Shown: piece after piece, positions 6,022-7,409 of the stretch | Position numbering within the stretch: position 1 is the stretch's first letter | Layout of the letters: each line of letters starts with the position of its first letter | Assembly: GCF_006345805.1 (NCBI RefSeq) | Contig: NW_021828888.1 | Coordinates: 1-7,409 of the forward strand | DNA length: 7,409 nt | Source: Octopus sinensis | Lineage: Eukaryota | Direction of reading: 5' to 3' | Made by a program: the position numbers and the translations under genes | Notes under the pieces: generated by a model | What the model saw: the letters and a program-made list of their open reading frames with translations, nothing else | Told to the model about the DNA's origin: nothing | Database searches by the model: none

Positions 6022-6538
6022 TTTCTTCTTTCAGTTTGGCTTCCACTTCTTGTCGAGTGTCTTCCCGACTGTCAGGGCAAAGAATTTCACTGCATCTTCT
6101 GATAGGTTATTAAACTGAGCACACCAGATTGCTCATTTTCAAAATGAACTGAAGGCAATTTATAAAGCTTAAAACGCCTGGGTGGTAACCGTTCTCTCAT
6201 CGACAAATGCTCTTCTGAATCCGTGTGACGCACCAGTTAAGACAGCCTTTTGCAGTTTTTGCATGGAAGGTAAGTCAGAGATCCTTCTCAAATAATTTTC
6301 AGTTCCTTTCTTGATCATTCCAAGTGTTCCTACAATTACTGGTATTGTAAATATTTTGAGATGCCACATTTTTTTCCGATTTCAATTAGAAAATCTTTAT
6401 ATTTTCTGAGCTTATCAAATTCTCTTGCTGTGATATCATGACTACAAGGTATGATCATGTTGATCAATAAACAAACATTATGGTTTTAGCTTTTATAATT
6501 TGGTCTGTATGTCCTGGGAAGTCCCAAAGAACCGTTGC
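6022..6538 (-). mobile_element. R4/Dong-type LINE fragment 3: degenerate restriction-like endonuclease (RLE) domain, C-terminus and 3'UTR
   Basis: Manual translation with frameshifts: ATVLWDFPGHTDQIIKA / NVCLLINMIIPCSHDITAREFDKLRKYKDFLIEIGK / MWHLKIFTIPVIVGTLGMIKKGTENYLRRISDLPSMQKLQKAVLTGASH. The RPD motif region is deleted and the catalytic D appears as N. The 3' end reads AAACTGAAAGAAGAAAATAATAAT. (TTA)n at 6539-6551 marks the 5' side. Confidence 0.88.
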
Positions 6539-6674
6539 ATTATTATTATTATATATTAAAAAAAGAATTGACGTAACTCTTCGCCAAGGTAAACAGTCAA
6601 GACGAAGAGCGCGATACGATTGTAAGATATTTTATTTAACGATATTTCAACAGTACGTCTGTCTGGAACATAAA

Positions 6675-6870
6675 GAAATGCTCAGCGGTATTTCGTCTGC
6701 CGTTACGTTCTGAGTTCAAATTCCGCCGAGGTCGACTTTGCCTTTCATCCTTTCAGGATCGATAAATAAAGTACCAGTTTCGCACTGGGGTCGATGTAAT
6801 CGACTTAATCCCTTTGTCTGTCCTTGTTTGTCCCCTCTATGTTTAGACCCTTGTGGGCAGTAAAGAAATA
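6675..6870 (+). mobile_element. SINE family A monomer, 5'-truncated (no A box)
   Basis: Starts at GAAATGCTCAGCGGTATTTC. The body 6687-6870 is 184 bp and collinear with the other copies. TAAAGAAAT occurs at both 6671-6679 and 6861-6869. Confidence 0.92.
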
Positions 6871-6941
6871 TATATATATACACACACATACACATACACA
6901 CACACACATACACACACGCATATACTTATGTGTGTGTATGT
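6869..6941. repeat. (TA)n(CA)n(TG)n compound microsatellite
   Basis: Directly visible. Confidence 0.93.
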
Positions 6942-7064
6942 TTCCGGGAGGCAATTAATGTGAAAGTGCTCCCATACTGCTGATGGAGCTAGTTACATCA
7001 ACCGGAGAGTTGACGAAGCAAATAATCTTCTCACTGATATCCAACTATTCGCTTGATTTACCGT

Positions 7065-7093
<29 letters not shown>
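7065..7093. repeat. (CA)n microsatellite
   Basis: Directly visible. Confidence 0.97.
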
Positions 7094-7095
<2 letters not shown>

Positions 7096-7159
7096 AAATG
7101 ATATTTATTATTCATTACTTTACGGTTATCTGAAATTGTCGTGTATCTAAACATACACG

Positions 7160-7233
7160 TGTCTGTCTGTCTGTCTGTCTATCTTTCTATCTATCTGTCT
7201 CTGTCTGTCTGTATGTATGTATATATGTATGTA
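7160..7233. repeat. (GTCT)n/(ATCT)n/(GTAT)n tetranucleotide compound repeat
   Basis: Directly visible. Confidence 0.93.
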
Positions 7234-7291
7234 CGTTCATTATATATAAAAAAATTCATTCTTATATTATTGTGGCGTTACGTGCACCCCG

Positions 7292-7405
7292 GGTCGGCCC
7301 GGGGCTATAGCAGAAGACACTTACCCAAGGTGCCACGCAGTGGGACTGAACCCGGAACCATGTGGTTGGTAAGCAAGCTACTTACCACACAGCCACTCCT
7401 GCGAC
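7292..7405 (-). mobile_element. SINE family C 5' part only (tRNA-like head and CORE-like segment), copy C4
   Basis: The reverse complement reads GTCGCAGGAGTGGCTGTGTGGTAAGTAGCTTGCTTACC...GGTTCAGTCCCACTGCGTGGCACCTTGGGTAAGTGTCTTCTGCTATAGCCCCGGGCCGACC, after which homology stops abruptly. Confidence 0.92.
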
Positions 7406-7409
7406 TATA

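Noticed and set aside
4732-6538. A single fragmented Dong element
   Set aside because: The endonuclease/3' end pieces lie upstream of the RT piece in element orientation, and there are two different C-termini.
6577-6609. 7-bp inverted repeat CTCTTCG/CGAAGAG as MITE ends
   Set aside because: It is too short, has no TSD and no second copy; compatible with chance.
4612-6632. GTAAGATATTT present at 4612-4622 and 6622-6632
   Set aside because: An AT-rich 11-mer match is expected by chance in 7.4 kb, and there is no flanking homology.
6945-7020. GGGAG/CTCCC and TCAAC/GTTGA hairpins near CTGATGG as a third ribozyme
   Set aside because: The core is not CUGANGA, there is no properly placed GAAA, and the stems are only 5 bp.

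Overview
This is eukaryotic, repeat-saturated, non-genic DNA with no recognisable host exon. From recall of the SINE sequences (not database-checked) it is most likely an octopod cephalopod such as Octopus. Essentially all ORF-track calls are artefacts of microsatellites or SINEs. The window holds (i) a near-intact 3' end of a CR1-type LINE (minus, 712-1123) and (ii) three families of tRNA-derived SINEs. Family A occurs as two head-body-body dimers with an identical junction, one tail-swapped variant and one 5'-truncated monomer. Family B has a 13-bp TSD and a local 161-bp duplication. Family C is CORE-like, with four copies, some forming close inverted pairs. It also holds (iii) three separate co-oriented R4/Dong-type (RLE) LINE fragments embedded in (TAA)n tracts, (iv) a probable Penelope-like 3' region and (v) many simple repeats. 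The most notable signal is a type I hammerhead-ribozyme fold with a complete catalytic core (CUGAUGA...GAAA-CAGCUG-UA, 4631-4716) in a ~100-bp module bracketed by an 8-bp direct repeat, apparently inserted into a dead Dong-like LINE. A second, variant-core hammerhead-like motif lies at 3912-3947.
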